Source: an uncultured Alphaproteobacteria bacterium (GTDB lineage Bacteria > Pseudomonadota > Alphaproteobacteria > SHNJ01). From it: a stretch of DNA of 59,226 nt. This document shows positions 1-9,151 of this stretch, one piece after another. Within the stretch, counting starts at the first letter, position 1; every line of letters starts with the position of its first letter. Location of the stretch: contig CAYWJR010000002.1 in assembly GCA_964458615.1 (NCBI GenBank), positions 19,071 through 78,296 on the forward strand. Reading direction: 5' to 3'. A program made the translations under genes and the position numbers. Under the pieces are notes generated by a model, which did not search any database, had not been told where the DNA came from, and was given only the letters and a program-made list of their open reading frames with translations.

Positions 1-96
1 TATACATTCACTAATTTGAATACTACTGCTACCAAAGTCGCAAAGCGCTTCTTTAAACAACACGCAACGGAATGCGGCTTAGAGCCAGGCGATAGA

Positions 97-197
97 TTGT
101 CCTCCCTGGGACAAACTTGGTCTCTGAGCCGCTAAAGACGCACTGTATTTTATTACGAAGTACGTGCCGGGCCTGACCCGGCTCAGAGACCCTTTTT
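97..197 (+). ncRNA. Candidate structured RNA / terminator-like element
   Basis: Hairpin TTGTCC-TCCCTG-GGACAA (97-114). Perfect 13-bp inverted repeat GGTCTCTGAGCCG (119-131) / CGGCTCAGAGACC (179-191) followed by CTTTTT. Inner hairpin GCCGGG-CCTGA-CCCGGC (166-182). No family assigned. Confidence 0.3.
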
Positions 198-296
198 ACA
201 GGGATTGATTAACGGGCAAAAAGTCCGATTACCCTTCTTTTCTAATCACTTATGAAAACCATTCACAGGCGGCACAAATGTTTCATCAAAATAAGG

Positions 297-326
297 TTGA
301 TTACGGGTGTATGCGCAGATTATAAT
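297..326 (+). promoter_or_regulatory. Putative sigma70 promoter of the RHS gene
   Basis: TTGATT(297-302)-N18-TATAAT(321-326), just upstream of the RHS start codons. Confidence 0.5.
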
Positions 327-382
327 ACAACCTTAAGATGCAAATTATAATATCGCACAATCGCACATCGAACGGGAAAATC

Positions 383-3300
383 ATGAAAATCAGAATTTTT
401 GCAGCGTTATTGGCAGGGTTGGTTTTGTTATCTAACCCGGCGGCTGCGGCTTGGCGCGGCGATGCCAATGGACCTTACCCAGATCCTTATACGGCTTGCG
501 ATTCCCTAACACTGCAATTAGGGACATTTAACGGAATGATGCTGCCACGCAGCAATAATGGCCGATTAACCGGATATCTATGTTATTTTACTATCTACCA
601 ACCTGCCCCGATCTCATTAGAATGTGCTAACGATTTACAAGAAGATGCAGCCTCGTTTGGTGGTTGTATTCCCGAAGCACCGCCAAAAATCGCGGGTCAA
701 CAATGTGGGCAGGTCGGCAATCCCGTTACCGTTTCAACAGGAAATAAATACGATCATGTGGTGGATTACACCACTGGCGGCATTGAACCACTTAGCTTTG
801 AACGGTACTATAACAGCATCAAAGGATATGACCGCAACACGAGCACCACGGCTGATCGATTCGATTTAATGGGCGCCAATTGGCGCACCAATTGGGATCG
901 GGAATTATATAAATTCGGCAACACGATTATGTACGCGCGCCGCGCCGATGGATCGGAAGTTAAATTTTCCAAAAGTGGCGGCACATGGAATTTATCATCC
1001 AACAATCATGATGTGCCGCTGCGTTTGGCCGAAAATGGCAGCAATTATGAAATCCGCGATACCAGCGATACAGTGGAAACTTATGATGGCACAGGAAAAC
1101 TTATAACCGTCAAAACACGCAGCGGTTACACGCAAACATTAGCCTATGGCGCCAATAATCGCTTAACCCAAGTTACCGATACACAAGGCCGCAGCCTGGC
1201 TTTCAATTATGTTGTTTACACCCAAGGCAATGGTGACATTAGTGAAATGATGGTGGATACAATGACCACCACCGATGGCCGAATTTATAAATATAATTAT
1301 AGCCACCGAGAAATTCCGATTCCACCAAACATGCCGCATATTACCACGGCATCTTATGCGCCTTACACATTGTCGCAAGTTATTTATCCCGATAACACGC
1401 CGCTCGACCCTAACGACAATCCAAAACTGACTTATCATTATGAAGATGCCAACTACCCGCAATTTTTAACCGGAATCACTGACGAAAAAAACAATCGTCT
1501 GGCCACTTATACTTATAATTCAGAAGGCCGTGCAACCCAATCCACCCATGCGGGCGGGGCGGAAAATACAACCATCGCCTATACCAACGCCACAACGCGC
1601 ACCGTTACCAACGCGCTGGGCAAACAAACGATTTACCGTTATTCGACCGTCGAGGGTGCGCCGAAAATTACTCAGGTCGAAGGCATCGCCAACGGCACGT
1701 GCGAGGCCGCGAATCAAAATTACACCTATGACGGCAACGGCTATCCGTTGACCAAAACCGATTGGAAAGGTTTTGTTACCAAATACACCTATAACGCGCA
1801 AGGTTTACAACAAAGCCGGATCGAGGCGTTTGGCACCGCGCATGCGCGTACCATTACCACCACTTGGCACGGCACGTTCCGCACGCCGACACAAATTGTC
1901 GAACCCGGCAAGACCACGGATTATACATATGATCCGACCACGGGATGGATGCTGACCAAAACCGAAACCGACACCACTACCCACTCGGTTCCCTATGCCA
2001 CCAATGGTCAAACGCGCACCTGGACGTATACTTATACTGCCGCTGGGCTTGTCGATACGATCAACGGGCCGCGCACGGATGTAACCGATGTCACGGATTA
2101 TGATTACGATGCGGCCGGGAATTTAACCCGCATCACCAACGCGCTGGGCCAACAAACCAATATCACATCGTATGATCTGAATGGCTTGCCGTTGACCATG
2201 ACGGATGCGAATAACGTTTCCACCACTATGACGTATAATGAACGTTTATGGTTGAAAACCAGCACAACGGCGGGCGCGACCACCACATTCGATTATGAAC
2301 CGACCGGCAATATCCAAAAAATCACCCTGCCCAATGGCGCGTTTTTGCAATACGGATATGACAATGCGCAACGTTTGACATCGATTGAAAATAATATCGG
2401 CGAGCGGGTGGAATTCACGCTCGATGCGATGGGCAACCGCACCGAAACCCGCATCAAAAACAATGCCGCGCAAATTATGTACCAACACAACCAAGTGTTC
2501 GATGCGTTGGGGCGGTTGTACCGCGACATTGGCGCGTTGAACCAAACCGCGACATTCGGTTACGATAAAAACGACAATAACACGTCGGTGCAAAACCCAC
2601 GGCTTTATTCCACCACCATGGCGTTCGATGCGTTGAATCGCTTGCAAACCGAAACCAATGCCCTGTCCGGCATTACCAGCCGTATCAACAACGCGCAGAA
2701 TTTAATTACCAATGTCACCGACCCGCGCAATATCGCAACCAATTACGTTTATAACGGCTTTGGCGAGGCGATTTATGAATCAACGCCCGATGGCGGCAAC
2801 ATAACGTTATATCGCAACGCGGGCGGCAATATCACGCAACGTATCGATGGACGCGGCGTTATAACGAACTTCACTTTTGACGCGCTGAACCGCATGTTGA
2901 CCGAAACCTATCCGGCCGCCAGCGCGGAAAACCGCACGTATATTTATGATAACGCAACCGCCGGCGAATACGGCAAAACGCGTTTATGGCGCATGACCGA
3001 CGATTCCGGCAGCACGACATATGTGTACGACGCGCGCGGCAATATCGTTAAAAACACCCATGTGATTCAAGGCACTTCGTATCTGACGCGGTATGAATAT
3101 AATTTGGCCGATCAGTTGACCAAAATTATTTATCCATCCGGCCGGGTCGTGAATTATGTCCGCGATGCGATGGGGCGCGTTATATCCGTCACCACCCAAA
3201 TCACCAGCGTCAGCGGGGCGGTCAATTTGGCGACATCCATTTCCTATACCCCATTCGGCGAGGTTTCCGGATTCACTTATGGCAATGGTTTAACCGCACA

Positions 3301-4843
3301 AATCAATTACGATACCGATTACCGCATTTCCAAAATCCGCGTCCGCGACGGGGCGGCCGATCTGTATCACACCGATTACGGGTACGACGCCAACGGCAAC
3401 ATCAACGCGATCACCGACAACGTGGTGGGCGCGCGCACCCAATCCTTCACCTATGACGAACTGGATCGGTTGACGGTTGCATCCAGCGGTACGGGCGGCA
3501 ACGGTGCGTATGGCGTTGAATCCTATGGGTATGATGCGGCATCGAACCGTACGTCCAAGGTGACTTTGGCCGGAACTGAAACTTATAATTACGCATCGAC
3601 ATCCAACCGGTTGAATAATATCGTTAAAAACGCGATCACACAACGGTCGTTTATTTACGACAATGCCGGCAACGTAATTTCGGACACGCCCATCAATGGC
3701 GACATACTGGGTTTGGATTACAACAATGCCGGGCGGTATGTGCAGTTGAATAAAAACACCATTGCCAACACATTGTACAAATACAACGCGATGGGCGAAC
3801 GGGTGATTAAATATTACGAACCGCAATGGATCGACGCCATGGCGTTGACCGAGGCATTCCCGATCCTCGCCCCGGTTATCGCCGCCCTGCCCGCCGATCA
3901 ACAGGACGATGTGATGATCGAATTCGGCGGGGCGCAAGCCGCCGCATCGAATTACGCGGTTATGCCCATTCCCGCCATCGCCGGGATGACGCATTATCAT
4001 TATGATCTGGATCACAACCTGATCGCCGAATCACTGTCCAACGGCAAGGCGATGCGGGAATATATTTATCTGCCCACCAATTTGGCCGTGATTGCGGATA
4101 ATATCGATATGTCCGCCGCATCCGCCCTGCCCATCGCGCATTTGAACAACATCGGTTCCACCAACAGCACCAATGAATTGCTGTTCATCATTAACGATCA
4201 TCTGCGCACACCAACCAAATTGACCACCACTGCCAAATCCGTGGTGTGGGACCGATTCCAAACCCCATTCGGCGAAAACGCCGCATTAACCGGCACCAAG
4301 GAAACCAACATCCGCCTGCCTGGCCAGTATTTCGATTTTGAATCCAACTATCATTACAACCTGATGCGCGATTACGACGCCAAAACCGGCCGGTATTTAC
4401 AGAGTGATCCGATCGGCCTTGCGGGTGGATTGAACCGATATGGTTACGTCGGCGGCAATCCGGTCAACTTTGTCGATCCTACTGGGGAGAATCCAGCGGC
4501 GTCATTAATCATGCGTCAGACTATATTGATGGCTTTGCCCGCAGCAATTGCCAATCAAATGAGCAAACCCCCTATGAAACCAGGTGGCGCAATTACCCCA
4601 ACTTCTGGTAAAAGCGCTAGTGCGCAAGGAAGAGAAATTGCATCTCAATATGCTATATGCCCCGACCCAAACCAATTACCTCCGGATTGTTTTGAGGAGT
4701 GGGTGTATGCTCTTCAAAAATGTAATGAAATATGGGACAACCCTAATTATGTACCGCGTGCATCAAATATAGGTGGAAAAAACTTTCCTCAGTGTGTGCG
4801 CGGCATGGTTAGTGAATCTTGCGGCGGCAACCCTACAAACTAA
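383..4843 (+). CDS. RHS/YD-repeat polymorphic toxin with N-terminal signal peptide
   Basis: The ORF track opens at 338; ATG 383 gives MKIRIFAALLAGLVLLSNPAAAA (Sec-like). DUF6531-like motif VGNPVTVSTGNKY...LSFERYYNS, many YDxxGRL-type repeats, and the RHS core end RLPGQYFD..YHYNLMRDYD..GRYLQSDPIGLAGGLNRYGYVGGNPVNFVDPTG, followed by a 118-aa variable C-terminus. Confidence 0.95.
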   Translation: MKIRIFAALLAGLVLLSNPAAAAWRGDANGPYPDPYTACDSLTLQLGTFNGMMLPRSNNGRLTGYLCYFTIYQPAPISLECANDLQEDAASFGGCIPEAPPKIAGQQCGQVGNPVTVSTGNKYDHVVDYTTGGIEPLSFERYYNSIKGYDRNTSTTADRFDLMGANWRTNWDRELYKFGNTIMYARRADGSEVKFSKSGGTWNLSSNNHDVPLRLAENGSNYEIRDTSDTVETYDGTGKLITVKTRSGYTQTLAYGANNRLTQVTDTQGRSLAFNYVVYTQGNGDISEMMVDTMTTTDGRIYKYNYSHREIPIPPNMPHITTASYAPYTLSQVIYPDNTPLDPNDNPKLTYHYEDANYPQFLTGITDEKNNRLATYTYNSEGRATQSTHAGGAENTTIAYTNATTRTVTNALGKQTIYRYSTVEGAPKITQVEGIANGTCEAANQNYTYDGNGYPLTKTDWKGFVTKYTYNAQGLQQSRIEAFGTAHARTITTTWHGTFRTPTQIVEPGKTTDYTYDPTTGWMLTKTETDTTTHSVPYATNGQTRTWTYTYTAAGLVDTINGPRTDVTDVTDYDYDAAGNLTRITNALGQQTNITSYDLNGLPLTMTDANNVSTTMTYNERLWLKTSTTAGATTTFDYEPTGNIQKITLPNGAFLQYGYDNAQRLTSIENNIGERVEFTLDAMGNRTETRIKNNAAQIMYQHNQVFDALGRLYRDIGALNQTATFGYDKNDNNTSVQNPRLYSTTMAFDALNRLQTETNALSGITSRINNAQNLITNVTDPRNIATNYVYNGFGEAIYESTPDGGNITLYRNAGGNITQRIDGRGVITNFTFDALNRMLTETYPAASAENRTYIYDNATAGEYGKTRLWRMTDDSGSTTYVYDARGNIVKNTHVIQGTSYLTRYEYNLADQLTKIIYPSGRVVNYVRDAMGRVISVTTQITSVSGAVNLATSISYTPFGEVSGFTYGNGLTAQINYDTDYRISKIRVRDGAADLYHTDYGYDANGNINAITDNVVGARTQSFTYDELDRLTVASSGTGGNGAYGVESYGYDAASNRTSKVTLAGTETYNYASTSNRLNNIVKNAITQRSFIYDNAGNVISDTPINGDILGLDYNNAGRYVQLNKNTIANTLYKYNAMGERVIKYYEPQWIDAMALTEAFPILAPVIAALPADQQDDVMIEFGGAQAAASNYAVMPIPAIAGMTHYHYDLDHNLIAESLSNGKAMREYIYLPTNLAVIADNIDMSAASALPIAHLNNIGSTNSTNELLFIINDHLRTPTKLTTTAKSVVWDRFQTPFGENAALTGTKETNIRLPGQYFDFESNYHYNLMRDYDAKTGRYLQSDPIGLAGGLNRYGYVGGNPVNFVDPTGENPAASLIMRQTILMALPAAIANQMSKPPMKPGGAITPTSGKSASAQGREIASQYAICPDPNQLPPDCFEEWVYALQKCNEIWDNPNYVPRASNIGGKNFPQCVRGMVSESCGGNPTN
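4164..4384 (+). repeat. RHS core segment, copy 1 of a ~220-bp duplication
   Basis: ACAGCACCAATGAATTG...GATTAC is repeated with scattered substitutions at 5381-5601. Confidence 0.9.
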
Positions 4844-4851
4844 GATAATCT

Positions 4852-5346
4852 ATGCAATCAAACCACAAAAATAAAGCCTCAATTCAAAATATTGTTGAGT
4901 CAATTAGATATTTAACTAGGAATGGATGCTACAATCAGGCGCTGAATTTATGCAACAACCTTATTGCGAATGATTGGCAATATGAGGGATATTTTGAAAG
5001 ATCATATATATATTTTTATCAAAAAGAATATGATCTGGCATTAAAAGATAAGTACAGGTTACTTGATATGCTAGAAAAAAAAGCAGCAACTTATTTTTCA
5101 ATAGCGGAGATTAATAGATTTAAAGGAAATTTACCTGAAGCAATCAAATCTTACGATAAATCTAGAGAGGAAGATCGCGATGGATTTTACGAGATAGCGA
5201 CATATTTCAGGGCAATTTGTTTTTATAATTTGAATGATTATAAAAATGCTCTGCAAGAGTGTCTGAAATTAAATCCTTCTGAAAAATTAGGGCCACACCC
5301 ATCTGTTGGGGAATTAATAGAAGCACTAAGAAGCAAGTCTAGCTAG
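4852..5346 (+). CDS. TPR-repeat protein, probable cognate immunity protein
   Basis: TPR-like helices (YFERSYIYFYQKEYDLALKD; YFSIAEINRFKGNLPEAIKSY; YFRAICFYNLNDYKNALQ). Starts 8 nt after the RHS stop and is AT-rich like the toxin tip. Confidence 0.75.
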   Translation: MQSNHKNKASIQNIVESIRYLTRNGCYNQALNLCNNLIANDWQYEGYFERSYIYFYQKEYDLALKDKYRLLDMLEKKAATYFSIAEINRFKGNLPEAIKSYDKSREEDRDGFYEIATYFRAICFYNLNDYKNALQECLKLNPSEKLGPHPSVGELIEALRSKSS

Positions 5347-5370
5347 TGATTCACATATCTAAATAATAAC

Positions 5371-5613
5371 TTGCTACGGCACAGCACCAATGAATTGTTG
5401 TTCATCATCAACGATCATCTGCGCACACCAACCAAATTGACCACATCCGCCAAGACCGTGGTGTGGGACCGGTTCCAAACCCCGTTCGGCGAAAACGCAA
5501 ACCTAACCGGCACCAAGGAAACCAACATCCGCCTGCCCGGCCAGTATTTCGATTTTGAATCCAATTACCATTACAATCTGATGCGTGATTACAATGCTAA
5601 GCTGGCCTGGTAG
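5371..5613 (+). pseudogene. Truncated orphan RHS core fragment (copy 2)
   Basis: STNELLFIINDHLRTPTKLTT.AK.VVWDRFQTPFGENA.LTGTKETNIRLPGQYFDFESNYHYNLMRDY is nearly identical to the main RHS core. It breaks off before GRYLQSDPIG and carries no toxin tip. Confidence 0.85.
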
Positions 5614-5795
5614 CTTGTGCGCCAGGTTACAAGGATATTTTGACACATAACACAAATGCATAACACGGCAAATCATAAAAATTTATGCAAAACAACAAAC
5701 AAAATTTCTTTAGAAGAATAAATAATAAAGGCAGAATTGCATTTTCGGGCTATATTCAATCCAGTTAATTTATGCGCAATCAGACCGAGGTCTTG

Positions 5796-6476
5796 ATGAA
5801 AATATTAATAATCGAAGATGATCCCAAGATACGCGCCTATATAGAGAAAGGCTTTAAAGAAGCGGGACACACCGCCGATCTTGCCAGCGACGGGGAAATG
5901 GGGTTGCATCTTGCGACAACCGAAAAATACGATGTCGTGATCGTTGACCGAATGTTGCCCAAAATCGACGGTCTTTCAATTATTACAACATTGCGTGGCA
6001 GCGGCAATTTGGCTGGTATTCTGATCCTAAGTTCTTTGGGCGATGTCGACGACAGAGTCACCGGCCTTCGATCCGGCGGCGACGATTATCTTGTTAAACC
6101 ATTTGCTTTTATAGAATTGCTGGCACGCGTAGAAGCTTTGGGCAAGCGCGCCTCCGCCTCGCCTTCATCGCAATCCCCGGTGTTAAAGGCCGGAGATTTA
6201 GAGATGGACTTGCTTGGCCGTAAAGTGCGGCGCGCCGGCAAGCCGATTGAGCTTCAGGCCCGTGAATTCCAACTTTTGGAATATCTGCTCAAATTCAAAG
6301 GCCAGCTTGTCACCCGCACTATGTTGCTCGAAGGCGTATGGGATTACCATTTCGATCCGCAAACCAGTGTGATCGATGTTCATATCAGCCGTCTTCGCAA
6401 AAAACTGGGCGATACGGGAAACAATTTAATAAAAACGGTGCGCGGTGCAGGATATATCATCGAAGACAGTTTCTAG
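5796..6476 (+). CDS. OmpR/PhoB-family response regulator
   Basis: MKILIIEDD...DVVIVDRMLP..DDYLVKPF receiver; winged-helix REFQLLEYL..VWDYHFDPQTSVIDVHISRLRKKL..TVRGAGY; GAGG RBS before ATG 5796. Confidence 0.95.
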   Translation: MKILIIEDDPKIRAYIEKGFKEAGHTADLASDGEMGLHLATTEKYDVVIVDRMLPKIDGLSIITTLRGSGNLAGILILSSLGDVDDRVTGLRSGGDDYLVKPFAFIELLARVEALGKRASASPSSQSPVLKAGDLEMDLLGRKVRRAGKPIELQAREFQLLEYLLKFKGQLVTRTMLLEGVWDYHFDPQTSVIDVHISRLRKKLGDTGNNLIKTVRGAGYIIEDSF

Positions 6477-7812
6477 GCGCTATTTAAAAAGCTCTAGCTT
6501 TAAAATGGCGGCATTGTTCACCGTATTGCTGGCGGTGTCTGCGGCGATTCTGGGTTATTTTCTGATCGACTTTGGCAGGCGCGATTTCCTGCGCGAAACG
6601 GAAGCCGCGATCAATATCGAGAGCGATATGCTATCCAGCCTGGAGCGCGCCAAGAACGGAAGCATTCTGCCTTATATCCAAGAGCGGGCAAAAGACGATC
6701 AAATCGTGCGTTTTCGGTACGAGGACAAGAACGGCAAGATTTTAAGTGGAACGATTGATCCAATACCCAGCGAGATTCAAAAATTCGCAGAAGGCGTTTT
6801 GCGATTCGATCTTGATACCAGCAATGGAAAACAGGCATTTGCCGCGAAAATCCGCACATTCGACGACGGATCGCGCATTTTCGTCGCGCGGAACGTGCAT
6901 GAATTAATCGCCAGCTACGACCGCCTCAATCATCTAAGCTGGTTTATTATGCTGTTGATGTCGGCGGTCGTTCTGGTCAGTTTCGGCATCAGCCATTTCG
7001 TCGTCAGCCGCATCAACCGGATCGCGAAAACGGCGCTTAACATCATGGAAACGGGCGATCTTTCGCAACGAATATCAATCGACAGCGGTTGGGACGACCT
7101 TAGCAATCTTTCGATGGTGTTGAACGGTTTTTTAGAAAAAATAGAGGATTTAATGAGCGGCATCCGCGAGGTCAGCAATAACATCGCGCATGATTTGCGT
7201 GCGCCTCTGACCGGGCTGCGAAGCGATATCGAAGCCCTGAAAGGGCAAAAAATCGACGACCATCGAATCGATGCCTTATTAGCCGAAGCCGATCGTATTC
7301 TTTCGGTTTTCCACGCACTGCTTCGCATCGCAAATATTGAAAAAGGAAAACGCAGCCAACTTATGGGTGATGTCAATCTAGGCAAGGTGATAAGAGATGT
7401 AGCCGATCTTTATGAACCATTAGCCGAAGAAAAGGATATTCGGCTTGAAATCACATCTTCGTCCGATGTGACATTAAGGGGCGACAGCGATTTATTATTT
7501 CAACTTTTTGCCAATATTTTAGACAACGCCATCAAATTTTCGCCGCAAGGATCGGTCATTCGCCTGCGTGCCGAAATACAAAAAGATCAGATAATCGCAT
7601 TTGTCGAGGATCAGGGAGCCGGTATTCCCGATCATGAAAAAGAAAAAGTATTCAAACATTTCTATCGTGGCGATGCAAGCCGCAGTGCGCCCGGAAACGG
7701 ACTTGGCCTAAGCCTTGTCAAGGCGGTCGTTGAACAACATCACGCGCAAATTACCCTTGAAGACGCGCAACCAGGTTTGAGGGTTAAGATCGCGTTTCAA
7801 CCTTACCAATAG
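6445..7812 (+). CDS. HAMP-domain sensor histidine kinase
   Basis: Two TM segments, HAMP, H-box NIAHDLRAPL, N-box NILDNAIKF, G boxes DQGAGI and GNGLGLSLV; overlaps the regulator 3' end (start uncertain). Confidence 0.95.
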   Translation: MQDISSKTVSRRYLKSSSFKMAALFTVLLAVSAAILGYFLIDFGRRDFLRETEAAINIESDMLSSLERAKNGSILPYIQERAKDDQIVRFRYEDKNGKILSGTIDPIPSEIQKFAEGVLRFDLDTSNGKQAFAAKIRTFDDGSRIFVARNVHELIASYDRLNHLSWFIMLLMSAVVLVSFGISHFVVSRINRIAKTALNIMETGDLSQRISIDSGWDDLSNLSMVLNGFLEKIEDLMSGIREVSNNIAHDLRAPLTGLRSDIEALKGQKIDDHRIDALLAEADRILSVFHALLRIANIEKGKRSQLMGDVNLGKVIRDVADLYEPLAEEKDIRLEITSSSDVTLRGDSDLLFQLFANILDNAIKFSPQGSVIRLRAEIQKDQIIAFVEDQGAGIPDHEKEKVFKHFYRGDASRSAPGNGLGLSLVKAVVEQHHAQITLEDAQPGLRVKIAFQPYQ

Positions 7813-7879
7813 TTTAGAATTCGGTAAGATTATATCAAAGGCATGTGTCTTAGATTGCAATTGTTGAAGGAACAAAGTT

Positions 7880-9151
7880 TTGACGCGCTTGAAAAATAAA
7901 AAAATTGCTGTCATCGGCACGGGCATTTCCGGCTTGGGTTCGGCTTCGCTGCTATACCCTCATCACGACATAACCATTTACGAAAAAAACTCTTATATAG
8001 GCGGGCACAGCCGGACGCTGGATATTGCGATAAACGACAATATTATTTCGGTCGATACCGGATTTATCGTATTTAACAAAAAAAATTATCCTTTGTTGAC
8101 CCGGCTTTTCAAGCATCTTGACGTTCCGGTTGTCGAAAGCGCTATGTCGTTCGGCGCAAGCGTCAATAACGGCTGGCTAGAGTATGGCACAAATGGACTT
8201 AGCAGTTTGTTGGCGCAGAAAGCAAATTTGCTAAGGCCCGATTTTTGGAAAATGTCGGCGGATATTTTAAAATTCAACAAAAATGCTAAAAAATACCTGA
8301 CTAAAGACCCGTCTTTCACCCTAGGCGAGTGTTTGGATGATTTAGGATTGGGAATTTGGTTCCGCCATTATTTTCTTTTGGCCATGGGCGGTGCAATATG
8401 GAGCACACCGCTTTCTGAAATGTTGAAATTTCCGGCCAGCACATTTATTCGATTTTTTGATAATCATGGGCTTTTGACAATTAACGATCATCCGCAATGG
8501 TATACGGTGCGCGGCGGAAGCCGCGAATATGTAAATCGTTTAACCGCTCCTTTTCAGGGTCGTATCCGCACAAATTGCGGCGTTGAAAAAGTTCAACGCG
8601 TTGCCGAAGGCGTTATAGTCAAAGACGATAAGGGACAAATCGAAAATTACGAGCATGTCGTTTTCGCCTGCCACGCCGACCAGGCTCTGGCCATGATTGA
8701 AAACCCCGACAAAGATGAGAAGAAAATACTTTCCGCCTTCAAGTATCAGCCCAACCGCGCTGTTTTACACAGCGATGCAAGCTTTATGCCCAAACGCAAA
8801 AGCGCCTGGGCAAGCTGGGTTTATTTGTTGGAAGGCAAAATCGACGACAAACCGAACATGTCCCTAAGTTATTGGATGAACAATCTTCAGCCACTTGGAA
8901 CCGATCAACCGATCATCGTTACGTTAAACCCCGGGCGCGAACCGGATCCGCGCCTTGTTTATAACGATTATATTTTCGAGCATCCGGTTTTCGATGCCGA
9001 CGCCATCAACAATCAGGCAAAGATCGCGGAAATTCAGGGGCGCAATCGCCTTTGGTTTTGCGGCGCTTATCAACGTTATGGATTTCATGAAGACGGCCTT
9101 GGCAGTGCCGTGAAATTGGCCGAACGCATGGGAATAGATACCCCATGGTAA
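7880..9151 (+). CDS. FAD/NAD-binding oxidoreductase (amine-oxidase-like; UfaD/RSP1091-type desaturase family)
   Basis: IAVIGTGISGL, GGHSRT, VDTGFIVFN..NYP, QG..R.WFCGAY..YGFHEDGL; typical position upstream of DUF1365 and cfa. Confidence 0.9.
   Translation: MTRLKNKKIAVIGTGISGLGSASLLYPHHDITIYEKNSYIGGHSRTLDIAINDNIISVDTGFIVFNKKNYPLLTRLFKHLDVPVVESAMSFGASVNNGWLEYGTNGLSSLLAQKANLLRPDFWKMSADILKFNKNAKKYLTKDPSFTLGECLDDLGLGIWFRHYFLLAMGGAIWSTPLSEMLKFPASTFIRFFDNHGLLTINDHPQWYTVRGGSREYVNRLTAPFQGRIRTNCGVEKVQRVAEGVIVKDDKGQIENYEHVVFACHADQALAMIENPDKDEKKILSAFKYQPNRAVLHSDASFMPKRKSAWASWVYLLEGKIDDKPNMSLSYWMNNLQPLGTDQPIIVTLNPGREPDPRLVYNDYIFEHPVFDADAINNQAKIAEIQGRNRLWFCGAYQRYGFHEDGLGSAVKLAERMGIDTPW

Noticed and set aside
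1-135. Open frame +1 running in from the window edge (YTFTNL...WSLSR*)
   Set aside because: No recognisable motif, and it overlaps the structured element. It cannot be distinguished from chance without upstream sequence.
119-191. SRP RNA, TPP riboswitch, SAM-alpha riboswitch, 6S RNA or group II intron domain V
   Set aside because: Only short fragments resemble these (GGTCAGGCCCGG on the minus strand, CCTGACCCGG, CGCTAAAGA); the other required conserved elements are missing.
338-382. ORF-track start of the RHS gene at 338
   Set aside because: ATG 383 has a purine-rich RBS and gives a clean signal peptide; 338 is only ~11 nt from the -10 box.
3290-4015. 241-aa antisense ORF (and other antisense ORFs over the RHS gene)
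   Set aside because: Shadow of a strongly biased sense gene; no motifs.
5614-5795. RpoE(ChrR)-type promoter, or att/direct repeats at the island ends
   Set aside because: No TGATCC -35 here or in 7813-7879. No matching repeat near 17910-18000. CATAACAC x2 and CCTGG/CCAGG are too short to support.
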